A DNA stretch of 63,421 nt, the filler included, from Catajapyx aquilonaris (lineage: Eukaryota): assembly GCA_000934665.2 (NCBI GenBank). It is 4 parts of 4 records of this genome, joined end to end, with 100 filler letters (N's around TTAATTAATTAA, not from the genome) between each part and the next. Parts side by side here need not be neighbours in the genome. Positions count along the whole stretch, not along the records: positions 31,756 to 47,536 come from JYFJ02007400.1; positions 47,637 to 63,421 come from JYFJ02007401.1; 2 more parts are not named here. One strand, written 5' to 3'. Below the pieces are notes generated by a model. The model saw only the letters and a list, made by a program, of their open reading frames with translations. It was not told where the DNA came from and made no database searches. Positions 45,918-59,306 of this stretch are shown here, piece by piece; the first letter of the stretch is position 1; each line of letters begins with the position of its first letter. The translations under genes were made by a program, and so were the position numbers.

Positions 45918-46305
45918 GTATGTGATGATTTTGTGATACTTGATATACGAGACATTCCACATAAAATTAGTCACCTTCCTCCTGGACTTGCATAGTTTTT
46001 ATGATGTTCAGTACATCTGCAGTACTAATGGACATGCATCTGTGGGTCAACTGGCTATGCCATATACCAATGGGATCTACCAATGGGATCAGGGGCAGAT
46101 AATGTCACCATTTTTGTGTTATGCTATACAGTACAGTTTATAGAATAGAAATACTGTAGATGTGACACACCAATTCTAAGCTACTGTTTAGTGTGATGCA
46201 TTATTTAGAAAGGTCTCTTGAAGCTCTTTCTCATGAACATCTGCATTTTGAAAATAAAACTCAAACCATATGTTCAAACTCCAAATTTCAAAATGTTCAC
46301 ATTTT

Positions 46306-46793
46306 GCGCATTAGCAAAAAAATACGGTAACAATCGGTAACAATGCGAGCCCTTGGCGACCACGTAAACAAACTCGTGTATGCATGGACAGCATATGGGG
46401 ATTCGACATTTCTACGCTTCTGTGGCCGTACGGCCGCAAAAATGGAGCAATGGACACAAAAATTAGGACATGATCTGGCGCAGGGCACCTTCGTCGTCAT
46501 TTTACCATTTTCGGCCTAGAAGTCACCTTTTCATTGAGTTGAAGTGAAAGGAAAATGGCGTTCCCGAAAAGCCCATTTGAATAACATGGCGGCAGGAAAC
46601 GCGACAAAGTCGGGAATGCTTCTGTGCCCGTATGTCCACAATTTTTATGCAATCATATCGAGTAAGGTACCACAGTTAAGGCTAAACCTTTGCGCAGGGC
46701 ACCTTCATCATGATTTTTCTGATTAACGGTGCGTTTCGCCACAAAAAATAAAATTCCCTCAAAAATGCGCCTACCGTATTTTTACTAATGCGC
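46306..46793. mobile_element. MITE
   Basis: GCGCATTAGCAAAAAAATACGGTA / TACCGTATTTTTACTAATGCGC inverted termini and an internal direct repeat GCGCAGGGCACCTTC. Confidence 0.55.
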
Positions 46794-47092
46794 CCCCTTA
46801 AAAGCAGCCTACTATGCCTTCTTGAAAGCAGCAGATGTTGAAAGTACCGTACCATTCATATTGTTCAGTACGAGTCTACATGCAAATTTTCATCCTGGCT
46901 GTCGAAGGATACCCCCAACACATGTCTTGGGTGGTCAGTGGGTGTGGACAACCCCTGCCTGCTCAAGACCAGGCCAGCCTAATGCCTCACTGGGTAGGTG
47001 AAGGCGAGGTCACGTGTATCTCAGGACATATCCTTGAAGTGGCAAGAATGGTGCAAATGCTTGTTGCAGTTATGTCCGCGCCGAACAAATGT

Positions 47093-47536
47093 GGGTCATT
47101 CCATGTCAATTCACCGAGCCCCCTGACCCTTGGGTTGTCAGATTTTGACGAAAATCGGCGAATCGCTTTAATTACGTCTTTCAAAAATACCATTTGCGCG
47201 GTTTTGAGATTTACCCCCCCTCCCCGGAGATAGGCCCACCGAAAAAAACGTCCTTTTCGGAAGGTAGGGTTTCAGAAATCGGTCATATCTCGTGAACCAA
47301 TTGAGCTACAGACGTCGCAGACCGCTCCCTTTGAAGAGATTCGAGAGCCCAATCTCACTAAGGATTGAAAATTCGTATTGTGACTTTTTTGAAAATTTTG
47401 TCCCATTTTCAAAATTTCAAAGTTTTTTTTTAAAAAATTCGCCTAATTTAAAAATCCGATTTTTAAATATGTTGTAACTCAGACCCTTTCCCTGACATAG
47501 AAAAAAAATCTCAGGAGGAGTTTTTTGATTTAAGGA
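47093..47536 (+). mobile_element. Left end of a TIR element (GGGTCATTCCA terminus), truncated by contig end
   Basis: The terminus resembles the GGGCAATTCCA families, followed by typical AT-rich non-autonomous element sequence. Confidence 0.4.
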
Positions 47537-47636
47537 NNNNNNNNNNNNNNNNNNNNNNNNNNNNNNNNNNNNNNNNNNNNTTAATTAATTAANNNNNNNN
47601 NNNNNNNNNNNNNNNNNNNNNNNNNNNNNNNNNNNN
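47537..47636. other. Artificial contig spacer
   Basis: 44 N + TTAATTAATTAA + 44 N. Confidence 0.97.
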
Positions 47637-47833
47637 ATTTAACGACTCTAGCAAATTAATGTCACAATGAAGTACCTTGGGGGTAAATGAGCCGCATGCA
47701 GTGGAGTATCCTGCCACCTTTGCACATGGGTAACGGCCAAAATTTATTCGCATTGTTGTGGGATAAATCGGTGCAACGATACACCGACGGCAGCGCCATC
47801 TCCACGCGGGAAGCTGCCCCACATTCGAATAAA

Positions 47834-48093
47834 TTGCTCGGCGCCAAGTAGCGGCTAGCTCGTCATGACGAGGTCAGAAAAAGAGACTTGAGATCGCGGA
47901 ATGACTTGCTCGGCGCCAAGTAGCGGCTCGCTCGTCATGACGAGGTCAGAAATTGAGACTTGACCTCGCGGAATGACTTGCTCGGCGCCAAGTAGCGGCT
48001 AGCTCGTCATGACGAGGTCAGAAATTGAGACTTGACCTCGCGGAATGACTTGCTCGGCGCCAAGTAGCGGCTAGCTCGTCATGACGAGGTCAG
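47834..48093. repeat. 72-bp tandem repeat, about 3.6 copies, probably the subterminal array of a CMC/EnSpm-like element ending ...GGTAAGGG near 48206
   Basis: TTGCTCGGCGCCAAG at 47834, 47906, 47978 and 48050. Each unit contains the palindrome CTCGTCATGACGAG. Confidence 0.85.
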
Positions 48094-48279
48094 GAGAATA
48101 TTTGACAGCCGCGAGGTCCCGCGACGTGGCGGCTATCCTGAGGCGAGCTCGCCAGCTTCTGGCGACCTAGCGGCAAGCTCGCGGCTATGTTAAATTTTGG
48201 TAAGGGTGGGAACCTTTGGTGTCAGTTGGAGATTACATGTAGAAGCCAAGAGAAAGAAGTAGACATGAAGCATTGGCTC

Positions 48280-49040
48280 AGGTTTAGTGGAATCTCTTCT
48301 AATAATTCCGGCAGGTCTTCCTGTCAAATCGCTGTTGCTGGCAAAAACAATGGTCCGATGATGTGATCTCCCAGAATGCGCCGGCCCACACGTTCACCGA
48401 CCATTTGGTTTGGAAAATAATGTGTCTCGCGGTAGCAGTGTGGGTTGCCATGTGCCCAGTGCAGTGCCAGTGGTGCGAATTGTGGCCGTTGAGTAGCCTC
48501 CCAGGTAGCACAAAAAGTTGGGCCAATATTGGACGAATGTTGGCCCAATATCCAATATTGGCCCAACTTTTTGTGCTACCTGGGCTACTCCCTCTCGCCG
48601 CTCTCGGGTAACGCCTCATCTCTCATCAGTCCACAAAACCTTCTCAAGGAAGGCATCATTCTAATCTGCCGACTGCCATAGGAGCCCACATAGGAGCCAC
48701 TCATAAAAATCCTTCCGCCGTGGACGGCGGTCTTCAGGACGTAGGTGTTGTACAGTATACAGAAATGATAGGGGTGCTGGCGATCACGGCTCAATTTAAG
48801 ACTTGTCATACCTGACTCTTGCCCTTGTGTATGAGACGCCCAATTCGTCTCGTGCTAGATTGGGGATCATCCTCGACAGCCTTCAGGATGGCTTCCTCTT
48901 CAGATGGCGTGAGACCGCCTGGACGACAACCCACCTCGCGTCCGGCTAGGAATGTTCCCGTTTCTCGAAGTTGCTGATCTGTGCGAAGGAACACCTTCTT
49001 AACTCTCTTCGCACCTCCCAATTTCCCGAAGTTGGGCAAG
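48280..49040 (-). pseudogene. Decayed Tc1/mariner-superfamily transposase (DUF4817-type HTH plus part of the DDE region)
   Basis: Fragments FLRTDQQLRETGTF, EEEAILKAVEDDPQSSTRRI, HPYH, HNSHHW, NPH, WSVNVWAG and ILGDHIIGPLFLP lie across frameshifts. Confidence 0.75.
48500..48584. mobile_element. 85-bp palindromic mini-MITE (CCCAG...CTGGG, 2-bp TSD CT; CMC-like)
   Basis: 33-bp perfect arms CCCAGGTAGCACAAAAAGTTGGGCCAATATTGG, inserted inside the transposase relic. Confidence 0.8.
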
Positions 49041-50011
49041 GTAGACAGACAGTCTGCCAGTGTCTGTCTTGAGGGACTTCAAGTTGTGTGTGAATGCCCT
49101 CAATGCCTTACACCAATAATCTTAATTCGATCCGGATGCTGCCTGTCTCCTCAGTTCATGCATTGATGCATGGCTTCATTTAAGTGCCCCCTCAACATCA
49201 CAGTCTTGATCCTGAGCGGCAGCCACGTTACCACCCACAACACTGCCTGTGGTGGGAATGGCATTGTCGCAACTGCAGTCGCCATTTGCTGTAGCCAGTT
49301 GCTGCGACAAAAAGTCGCCACGTGTGAACTGGGCCTTACAATTGGTGAAGATGAGTAATTATACTAATTATACCAAGAGCTAATAAGTTATTAGCTCTTG
49401 ATTATAATTAGTCGAGATCAGGAAGAATAAAACGTAAGCAGCATCGTTAATTTTCGTGTGATAAATGAAAGCTGGCTTGTTCAGGCACCTTTAAAAAAAT
49501 TATTATTATTGAATCGGAGCGTTGTGGAATAAAGCAACCTAATCCACTACCCCATAGAGCCTACCGATATAATCTTCTTCCATATCTTGCAGTTCGAGTC
49601 CCACCTCTTTCTTCTCACACATCATTAATGTACGTGGATTCGCTTGATTTTGATCGATTTTGAGGTACAGTAGACTACTTAGTTATACGCATATGATGTG
49701 TATTCAAGTTTGGCGCCATGGCTGGGCCTGTTTATCGACTTTTTTCTCATACTGTTTTTTCATTTGGCCCTACATGTGTGCAACAGACACGTACTTGCAA
49801 AATGTGAGAGAGAAGCACCGTGGAGAGAAGGGAACTGAATAAACCAGGGATAAGGACATAATTATGTAATTCCGTGTATTAACCATGGTATTAACCCTCG
49901 ACTGCCCTGCCATCTGACGTAGCGTATTAACTTCACCCTATCGGAAACCACGGCAACCGGACCACCTCGTCCCAGCGTAGTCGAATGTTGAGTGAGGAGG
50001 GGAGGCAAAGA

Positions 50012-53000
50012 ATGGCGTCTGTCTCCCGTGCCTGCATGTCTGCCGCAGCTTTTCTGCTGGCCTCCGCCTTGTTCGTTTCCTCTGTACAAGGTATGTAACC
50101 TGCTGATTGTGTCAGCCACTTTTGGATCACGATGTTGTTCCTCAAGTCAGGCAACGGATAGCATTCTTAGATCGTGACATGTTGTCAGCTTGGTTGTCAG
50201 GCACCCGGCAGCCTGTACCATACTGTCATGCACTAGCACTTTGGGGCGGTGTCTTAATGACGGGCAGTTTTGTGAAAAGTCAGAGCTGCATCTTGTGTTT
50301 CTAGTTGCAAAAAAATTGCTTTTGTGTCATAAGGACGAATAGTTTTTTTTTTCTACCTGATCAGTGAACTGTGAGTTAAAGCCGGTACCGACGTAAGAGT
50401 TTTCTCTCATAAGAGGAGCCAACTGCGCATGCCCGGATACGAGGAAAGAGGAAAAGTTGAAAATTTTCAACTTTAATCCCCTTTTAGAGGGACAACAGGG
50501 GCCCTGAGGCGACAAAGAGTCCGTCTCGACGTACAAGATTTCTCGCGTAAGAGGACTCTTATGAGAGAAACTCTATCGTGGATACCGGCTTTTAAATGGA
50601 CGTACATATTCATTAACAGTTTTTACTAGGATATGTCATTAACAAAATAATGGCTTATTCTTGTTGTTGATCAATAATTTATGCTTTACTTACAGGAGGA
50701 TATGGAGAGAGGATAGATGAAAAAATTTACCTGCGCATAGGAGGAGCACTGGCCTGTTTCAGGAAGCTTAATGCCACACATCAGATAGGATGCACATGTG
50801 AGTGGGAAGAGACGTTTGTTATGTGGTGTATTACACCACATTGGTTAATCACAGTTATTCGGTGACGCCTGTCTGACATTACATTTCTACACGTGGAAAA
50901 TGACCTTTTGACATCACACAAAGCAACTGGATCATACATGAAAAGTGAAATGTCTTCTGTAGCCAGTTCATCTGGCATGCCTACAGCTTCTTCGCCATTC
51001 ACAGGTTGAAGTGGGAGGGATTCCTGTAACGGAAAACCTGCAGAACTCTCGAAAATCTTACAAATTGGCGTTAACAAGGTGGAAATAGGTGCTAATAGGC
51101 CATTTAGGTTGTATAAAACTATGATTTTTGAGGTCCTTTTGTTATGAAACGGATAGATATTGTGGTTCCGGTGTTCGGCCTTCAGAATAAAAAGTAGGTA
51201 AAAACCTAGAAATCTGTTCTCTCAACATGAGCATTAAACTTCAAGTCAAGATGATTTCTAAAGATGTTGCCACCAACTTGTAGACTTGGTAGATGACATG
51301 TCACCCGTAGGAACAAAAATGGTGCTGGTCAGGTCATTGGGTTTTAGACCTGAATTGCCCCCCTTGGATGGCGAGGGTCATGGGAGTGCAAGGGAGGACG
51401 AGGCTGGGATGAGGGCAGAGGGTAGGCAAGAGGGAGAAGCAGGGCAAGCAACGTGGCCATGCAATTTAGTGCCCACAGGATACTTCCATTGTAACACTTT
51501 GAGCCTTACCAAGACGGTAGTGTCCCACAGTATGAACCGGAAGGTGACTGCGATGTCAGCTCAGGGGAGATGGTGTAAGAGGATGGGCTGGAAGGGACTC
51601 CCATCACTGGGCATGAGGAGGGTTGTGCATAGGGTTTATCCCCAGACACCCGGCAGTAAGTGCAAATGTATTGCACATCTATGGAAAATATTCAACAGTG
51701 CCATCCAACCAGGAGTGTATTTATTCCGGGAGAGGGAAGGGGTCAGTCAGGTCACCAAGCAGAGGAAAGGTGTAGATAGTGTCGCGACGAAAAAAGGTTG
51801 AACCACTGCTATACAGGGTGATCCAAGTTACTTGGGCCTTTTTTTTGGTATCACTGATATTGCTCAAAGCTGTTATTTTTTTGTAACTGCTTGTGCCTCA
51901 ATCCAGGTGCCTCAGTAGTATGGGGTTGTCGAATGTAGCAGTGGCTATAGAATAGGGCACCTGGATCGGGACACAACAAGCTACAAAAAAAATAACAGCT
52001 TTGAGTGAAATTTCCTCTAACTATAACTGTTATAAAAGGCCTTACAAACTTGGAACACTGTATATTTTTAAAAGGGTCTGCACTCATCACGTGTTACTTA
52101 ACATGAAGATATTAACAACTTGATAAATGAAAGATACACTTGAAGAGTTTAGTCTTAATATTTATCACAATGCCATGTAATGATATTCCTTTCTCTGCAG
52201 CATCGAGATCTGGAAATGTAGGAGTGATACACGTGTTGCATGGAGAGGATGAACTAGATGGGTTTTTGACGAATTCTTCTGATGGGCCTTACATCATGAT
52301 CCTGTATCCAAATACATTTACAAGGTAAGCTGCGTTTAAAATATTGACTCATTTTGTAAGAAACATAATTGAAGGGGTTAGAACCATAGTGGGCCATATC
52401 CACTGGGAGGAGTTTTGAGAAATTGTGGCCTAAAGTTCCCACATCACTATAAATCACTGGGGCAGGTTTACTTCAAAATACATACATCATTGCATTCGTC
52501 ATAGTTAATTTTAATTATTACCCCATGCTCGAGCCGTTCGGCTCGTTTTGGGGGGAGGGGAAGGTTCCCAAGGGGGGGCATCCTCGGTTTATAGTCACTC
52601 ACGACTCTCTCAGATCATTCGTCATAGTTATGTGCCTCTGATTCTACTTTGATCAAGTTGGAGAACCTTGTGTGGCATCCACAAAATAACCTGAATTCAT
52701 GAGATAAGAAAAACAGTATTTGGACATGGACCACTTTGGTTCTCAAGAGGAAGAAATGACAACCTAGAATGGAAAATAACATATCAATATGAGCAGTAAA
52801 TTGAGAATTGCTTGAGTAAGGCCTTTGGTACAGCTTAAATCAATTGGGGAAGGTCTTACGTGCGCCTGCCTTGTTTCAGTACTTTCATTCTGCCGCGGAG
52901 GTCTTACTTCTCTTCTTTTCACTGAAGGGAATGTTTTTGGTCTTATTAATATTATGAATGATGTCATATTTTTGGATAATCCATCTGTATACTTGTTCCT

Positions 53001-56000
53001 AGCATGGTTTAATAATGAAACAAGGTTTTCATAGGTGGCACCACAGGAAAATCTTTTAATAATCACAATATTAATCATCATGAACCAAGCTGTTATAAAA
53101 GTCATGGCAGTTTGGTGGTAAATATTTCGGTAACATCTGCAAATCACTGTATTTTAAATAAAATAATAATAATAAATAATTCATACCCCGTTATCAGCCG
53201 GCGGCTCTTTAGGGGGGAATTTTTGTTTTGTCTGGAACTCTGCTTGCATTTTTACTTATTGCTCTTTGGGAGAGGATAGGCAAGGAAGGGGGCGGCTGTG
53301 GCCTGTTTATTAGGAAACAACTCCGGAATTCTCCTGGAGAAACCGTGGGAAACCACAGAAAACCACGGTTAGAGTTGCCGGCACCGGGATTCGAACCCAG
53401 GACCTTCCGATTAGCAGTCAGACGCCTTATCCACTATGCCAACCTGCTTCGGTAAATCACTGTATTTTGCACCTGAAATGGGACGAACTGACACGTTTTC
53501 GAGCTTCCTGTCACCGTCCGCGTCCATGTTGGAATGCATACCCATGTGACCAGAATGGGGCTATCCTATTGGCTCATGGGGACATGGCCCAGTATGTCCC
53601 TCAATGAATTCCCCTACAGGGAAAGTAGTGATATTTTCACAGTCTGAATATCTCATGACAGAGGCAGGATGGCCTCAACATGACATGTAGGGACAGAGAA
53701 GTGCCTCTTCTGCTAATAGATGGCGGAATCTGCATTTAACCCAAATATGGACATGGCCCACTATGGTTCTAACCCCTTCAATTGTGCAGGCTTGAGAATG
53801 TAGTGAAAAATAACTGGCACAGATGGGGGAAGGCATGGTGGCCGAGATGGTAACGTCTCGGCTTGCTGTGCGGAAGGTCCCGGGTTCAATCTCCGCCCAG
53901 GAGTGCCCTTTCGCCTGCGCCAGTGGGTCTCTGACCCGCGCCGTAGGAGGCGTCTTGGCAACCTAGCCTCCTGGGGGACTGCACATGACCCTCTTCAGAC
54001 CTTGCACTTGCACCAGTGTCCCCTCTCCAAAAATCCCATCCTTATCCTACATCCTTAAAGTACTTGCACGGAGTTTGAAGCCTCACTAAAATTTGCTGCA
54101 TTTTTTGGCATATTCGGGCTCTTTGCCTTGGCCCGCCTTGGCCCAAAACCTGCCTGCCGGGATTGCATCTTGCATGACCACGTGCATGACTAAATAAGCC
54201 AATTTATGTTTTTAAGCGTATAAAACATATTCTCCAGCTGTGTAATATTATTTTAATGCATGTAAGGACAGTTATTTTATTAATAAATAACCAGTTCATT
54301 AAAGTGGGTGTGGAAGCCAGGCGCGACTGCCCAATAACAAGGGAAGGAAGGCCCGTACGTAGGATGCCTCCTAGTTTGGGTTGGTGCAAGCCTCGGCCAC
54401 CTAGGAGAGCTCTTACCCGTAGGGGGCCCCTATGTAGGAGTGCTCCTAGGAGCGGGTTCGTGCAATCGCGCCTATGGGTTGCTCCCTCAATATTTCTTAC
54501 CCCTACAATTTTTGAATAGTTTTGTGTCGAGGAATACACTGCCCACTGGATGGCATACTAGTAAAGAATAAGCCTGCATAATCAGTGGCACAGAAGGCAG
54601 GTGAGCTTTGCGTTCTTGGTAATCCTGTGTACACTCCTGACTAAATATGTTATCCAGATTGAACGATACATGTTGGATTGTCTGTGGCGAATGCATTCTC
54701 TGCATCACACACAAGGTTTGCAACATGACGCAGGACATGTACATGAGATTTCAACTAATATGGACCTGAGCTGAGTTCTGTTCTGACCAGTATCTCAGCC
54801 AAGGGATTTTTCACTCCAATGCAGGGTTTCTCAACTGGGATTTTGTGAGCAATTGCCAGGGGTTTTGTGAGAAATAGTGATGAATAGGCCTGGTGGGCGA
54901 TTCCAGGAGAGATCATGCAAAAGCCTTCACCCTCTATTTTTCTATTTCAATGAAATTTAGTACGATCATTCTCCATAAGGAAGAGAGCACCAATTGATTT
55001 AAAAAATTTTTTAAGGGTCATTAGGTCACACGTAATTAAATGGGTAAGATCCCGTAAAAGGCTGCACACATGTGGACAAACCACCTTATATCTCCGTGAC
55101 TGCATAGCCCACAGTTACATTTGATGGATGAACGTGTTGGGCAAGATGAAAGGATTTCGGCGATTGAATGTTAAAATTTTTTGAATCGAAATGACGGCAT
55201 TTTATATAGAGTTCAGAGTTTAAAAACGATATATTCGCTATCGCGTCGCCTCCTTCGGCTTTTAAAAAACATGTCCTGTAATAGGTACTCGATTCTGTAT
55301 TTTTCGCCGATTTTTCCAGAGTGGGACCTCCATTAGTTCCGACGCAATAAAATAAAACAGGTCGACAGGGCGCAGGATTTGCGTCCTATGACGTCATGAA
55401 TTTTTCTGGTGCTGGCAGGGTCGGGATTAAGGTACTATATCGCCCAAAAAGATAGAGACGATTTTGCATTTGACTCAAGTGCAACTTGCACTTGAATCAA
55501 ATGCCAATCGTCTCTATCTTTTTGAGCGATAGAGTACATGTGGGGCATGGGCGGGCTGCGAACATGTGGCATTTTCCCAACCGTCTTCGTGGCAGATGGA
55601 CGCCCCTGCCAGCATTGGAAACATTCGTGACGTCAAAATGCAGAATCGAGTACCTATTACGGGACATATTTTTTTAAAGCAGAAGGAGGCAGCGCGATAG
55701 CGAATATATTGTTTTTCAACTTTGAACTCTACATAAAATGCCGTCATTTCCATACAAAAAATTTGAACGTTCATTCACCGAAATCCTTTCATCTTGCCCA
55801 ACACGGTCATCCATCAAATGTAACGGTGGGCTATGCAGTTACGGAGATATAGGGTGGTTTGTCCACATGTATGCGGCCTTTTACGGGTTTTTTGACCATT
55901 TCATTACGTGAAACTTTGTGAACATAATTGATCTTTAAAAATAGGGTGATGCTATACTCCTTGTGGGGATTCATATGACCAAATTTTATTCTGATCAAAA

Positions 56001-59000
56001 AATATGGGGGAAACTTAATATTTTATTTTGCATGAACTGTCCTGGAATTGCCCTGGTGTGCCCCTCAGTAAAGGATGAATGTGAACACGTGCTTCTTAAT
56101 AAAAATTAAACCTTGCTCAGAGAATGAGAGGAAGGTTGCATTTTGTAAAAGGCTGTGAAGTGATAGCTTAGAGTCCTCACAAGAGGCCACTGACTGATAG
56201 GTGGAGAGTGAGTGGGACATTATTCCCTATTTTTCCTCCTCTTATAATAAATTTTAGTTTTCACCTGACATATGCTGCGCAGGTAAAATGTAGACTCAAT
56301 CCTGGCGTACCCTGCCTTATACTGGCATGTTGTATGGCCAGTTAGCCGCCAGATGTGCATTTTCTAAAATATGGCCACCCATGTTTTTACCAGCACCACA
56401 ATATGGCTTTATATGTTACAGATATGTGATGCTGCACCTGAAGGACAGTGGAAAAGTGAATGGAATTGTACTGCTTGAAGGAAAGGGCCCAATCAGTACT
56501 GGGAACTTCTCCCATGAATTTCAATGCCCTAACAAGCATTCTGGATTGTATGCCCAGGACTCCAAGTATTCTGAATTCCCGTGGAATCCTTATGGAACTG
56601 GTCTTCTTTTTGAAGATTGGGGATTCCCTATTTTCTTTGTTGGGGATGACAAAGCAGCAATGGAGATTCTGGAGGTGAGCTTTAAAATTAATAACAAGAA
56701 CCGATGAATTGCAATACACACATTTTGGTGGACGTTATCAGAAAAGCAGTTTTACTATGTGCTGGAACTAATATTGGGTTGCTCAAGTCTATGTTCCGGT
56801 GCCTTTTCAAGACAAAGCTTATTATTCAGGCCAAAAGCTAAGTGACCTGCAGTTATGGTATACAATAGACTTCATATTTACAGAAGTGTGGCCATACGTT
56901 TCTCACACTTCTAAGTCCAGTCATATGTACGCCTGACTTTCGAAATAATTTACTCTATTCATGCATAATTGGCAAATATAACTTTTACCAGGTACACTAC
57001 CGCTCATTAATTTCAATACACCACCTGAATACTCTCCGTTTAGCCCTGTGTTTGACTTGAACTACTCCTAGGCTGATGATCCAAAAATATTGGTATACGG
57101 TTCAATCCAGATTTCCTCCTGAGACCCGAGAAGAATTGAATAGCACAATGTTAATTCCTATTGCATTTTCTGACCATTTTACCAATAAGAAATGAGAGAA
57201 AAAAATTAAGTTCTAAAATATGGGCAAAAATAATGACAAACAACCAATGAGAACATTAGGATTCAATTGCTGCTACAAAAGCAGAACGGATGAATGTTGA
57301 AAAGTTAAATGCCACTCAATTGATCACTCACATAGTGCTCTATACTACAACAATGTTTTTACATTCATTTGTGGAATTTGTGGTAGCAATTCATCTCAGA
57401 AGACAATCAGAGATAAATATGAAATTATTTTGCAAGGCCACCACTCCAGGCATGGGGCTTGCTCCTTCCTGTCATACCCCCTAGCATGGTAGGGGAGACT
57501 GGGGCACAGTGGACCTTTCCATTTTTAAAATCGAAAAAGCTGCCAAATTTTTTTCATCTGGTACCTCGTGAAGGAAGTCACTGCCATGCTCCTGCCAACA
57601 TGGCTGGCAACGGCTAGCGATCGATCGATCGATAGATATCCAGCGAAATCGATTTGAAGATAAGGGAAGTAAATTACTAACCCACAGTTTAAATGCCACT
57701 TCAGGCGTAGATGTTGGGCATGAGCCTGATATAAAAATCTTGTGGAATAGTGCCGCCCTTTGCCCATGAATTACCGGAAGTTTGGTAAGCCTAACTTGCA
57801 ATCTAAGTTACAATCATAGCATTATGTCAGTTGCTGCTGTCCGGGGCACAGTGGTCCAGTCGTTTGCGGGGCACAGTGGTCCATGTACCACTGTGCCCTG
57901 AAATGCACACAGTGTCCCGAAATGAACAGGTGTAAAAAAAATGTGAGACAATTATTTAAAAAATGTGAATTAGGTAGAAAAAGGGCAAAACTGCGATTTT
58001 GACAAACCACCCTCCAAATGAACAGCTGTAAAAAAAAATGTGAGACAATGATTTTAAAAATGTGAATTAGGTAGAAAAAAGTGGCAAAACTGTGATGTTG
58101 ACACAGTTCTCAAAATGACCAGCTGTAACAAAAATGTTAGGCAATGATAATAAACTTCTTGTGTGAATTAGGGGTCCCAATCACTTCCGGACCACTGTGC
58201 CCCACCTATCGGGGTACAGTGGACCATTTGCAGGGGGTCGCTTCTAATTTTTTTTAAAGCCAAAAGGATGGCACTGGCTGTGAATATAGTAGTGACTTAT
58301 ATTACCAAGGAGTATCTCCACCATGCCTGAAAATATTGGGTGTGTAGGTATAACAGGTAGGTATATAAAAATTCAAATGTGCAAAAGTGGTCCACTGTGC
58401 CCCGGTCTCCCCTACCTCGCTATTCTAGATTTTAACCCTTAACTACGTAGGTGGGTGAAACACCTTTAACTAAGTAGGTGGAGCCTGAGAGGCTCCAACG
58501 GTATATTTAAATTTCTGCTTATCAACTAAATTGTTATATTGGACTTTTCACATACAGAAAGTGCAGTTCAGATCATTAGGCTTCCGATAACGTAAAAATC
58601 ACACGCTGAGTCAGCATATTCCAACAGGGAAAAATTCTTAATTAAAAGGTTACATCATGCTTGAGCCGCTCAGTCTTCACCTGCATAGGTAGAGCCAGTA
58701 TAGAGTCCAGGAGGGACCTGTTCCTCGTTACGAATTTTTTAAAACCAAACAATAGGGACTAAAAAAAAATTTTCTTTCCTTTCCATGCTTAGGAAGGTTT
58801 GTCTGACAAAGTCACGGAAGGACAGGGGAAAATAAAATTCGATGAAAAAGTTACATTCGTTTAAATAGTGCTTGGAGCCTCTCAGGCTCCACCTACGTAG
58901 TTAAGGATTAAAGCCCACAAGGAAGTGTGCTTTGCACTACAAGCAAAGCACACTTCCTTGTGAGTGTATAGGTACAGGCACTTAAAGAAAAGTCACAGCC

Positions 59001-59275
59001 AGTGTCAGCTTGGACCCTTAAGGGCCCTGCGGGAAATAGGTATCTGGGGCCCCCTGACAATATTTAAAAAACACCCACACGGGGGGTGGGGGGTGGGGGT
59101 GGGGGGTGTAAAATTTTCGAACTAAATAAATGTGCCCAGATCCTTGGAACAAAAATGAGGGGCACACAGAGAAACTCATCCAACACTTTGCTATACATAC
59201 GTTTCAAAAGGCAAAGTTGAGCCTAACTATCTCCCTCTATCACTCTCACACGCAGTGGCGGATCCAGATTTTTTT

Positions 59276-59306
<31 letters not shown>

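Noticed and set aside
47834..48093. Possible CRISPR array (palindromic repeats at regular spacing)
   Set aside because: The intervening sequences are near-identical rather than unique spacers, there are no cas genes, and the context is eukaryotic.
49660..49842. Alternative first exon of nicastrin
   Set aside because: The 50012-50090 exon has a better signal peptide, a strong donor and the correct phase.
51286..51801. 171-aa intronic ORF
   Set aside because: Non-ATG start and no recognisable domain; probably repeat-derived.
54261..54489. Possible short solo LTR (TG...CA, minus-strand AATAAA)
   Set aside because: No target-site duplication and no second copy in the window.
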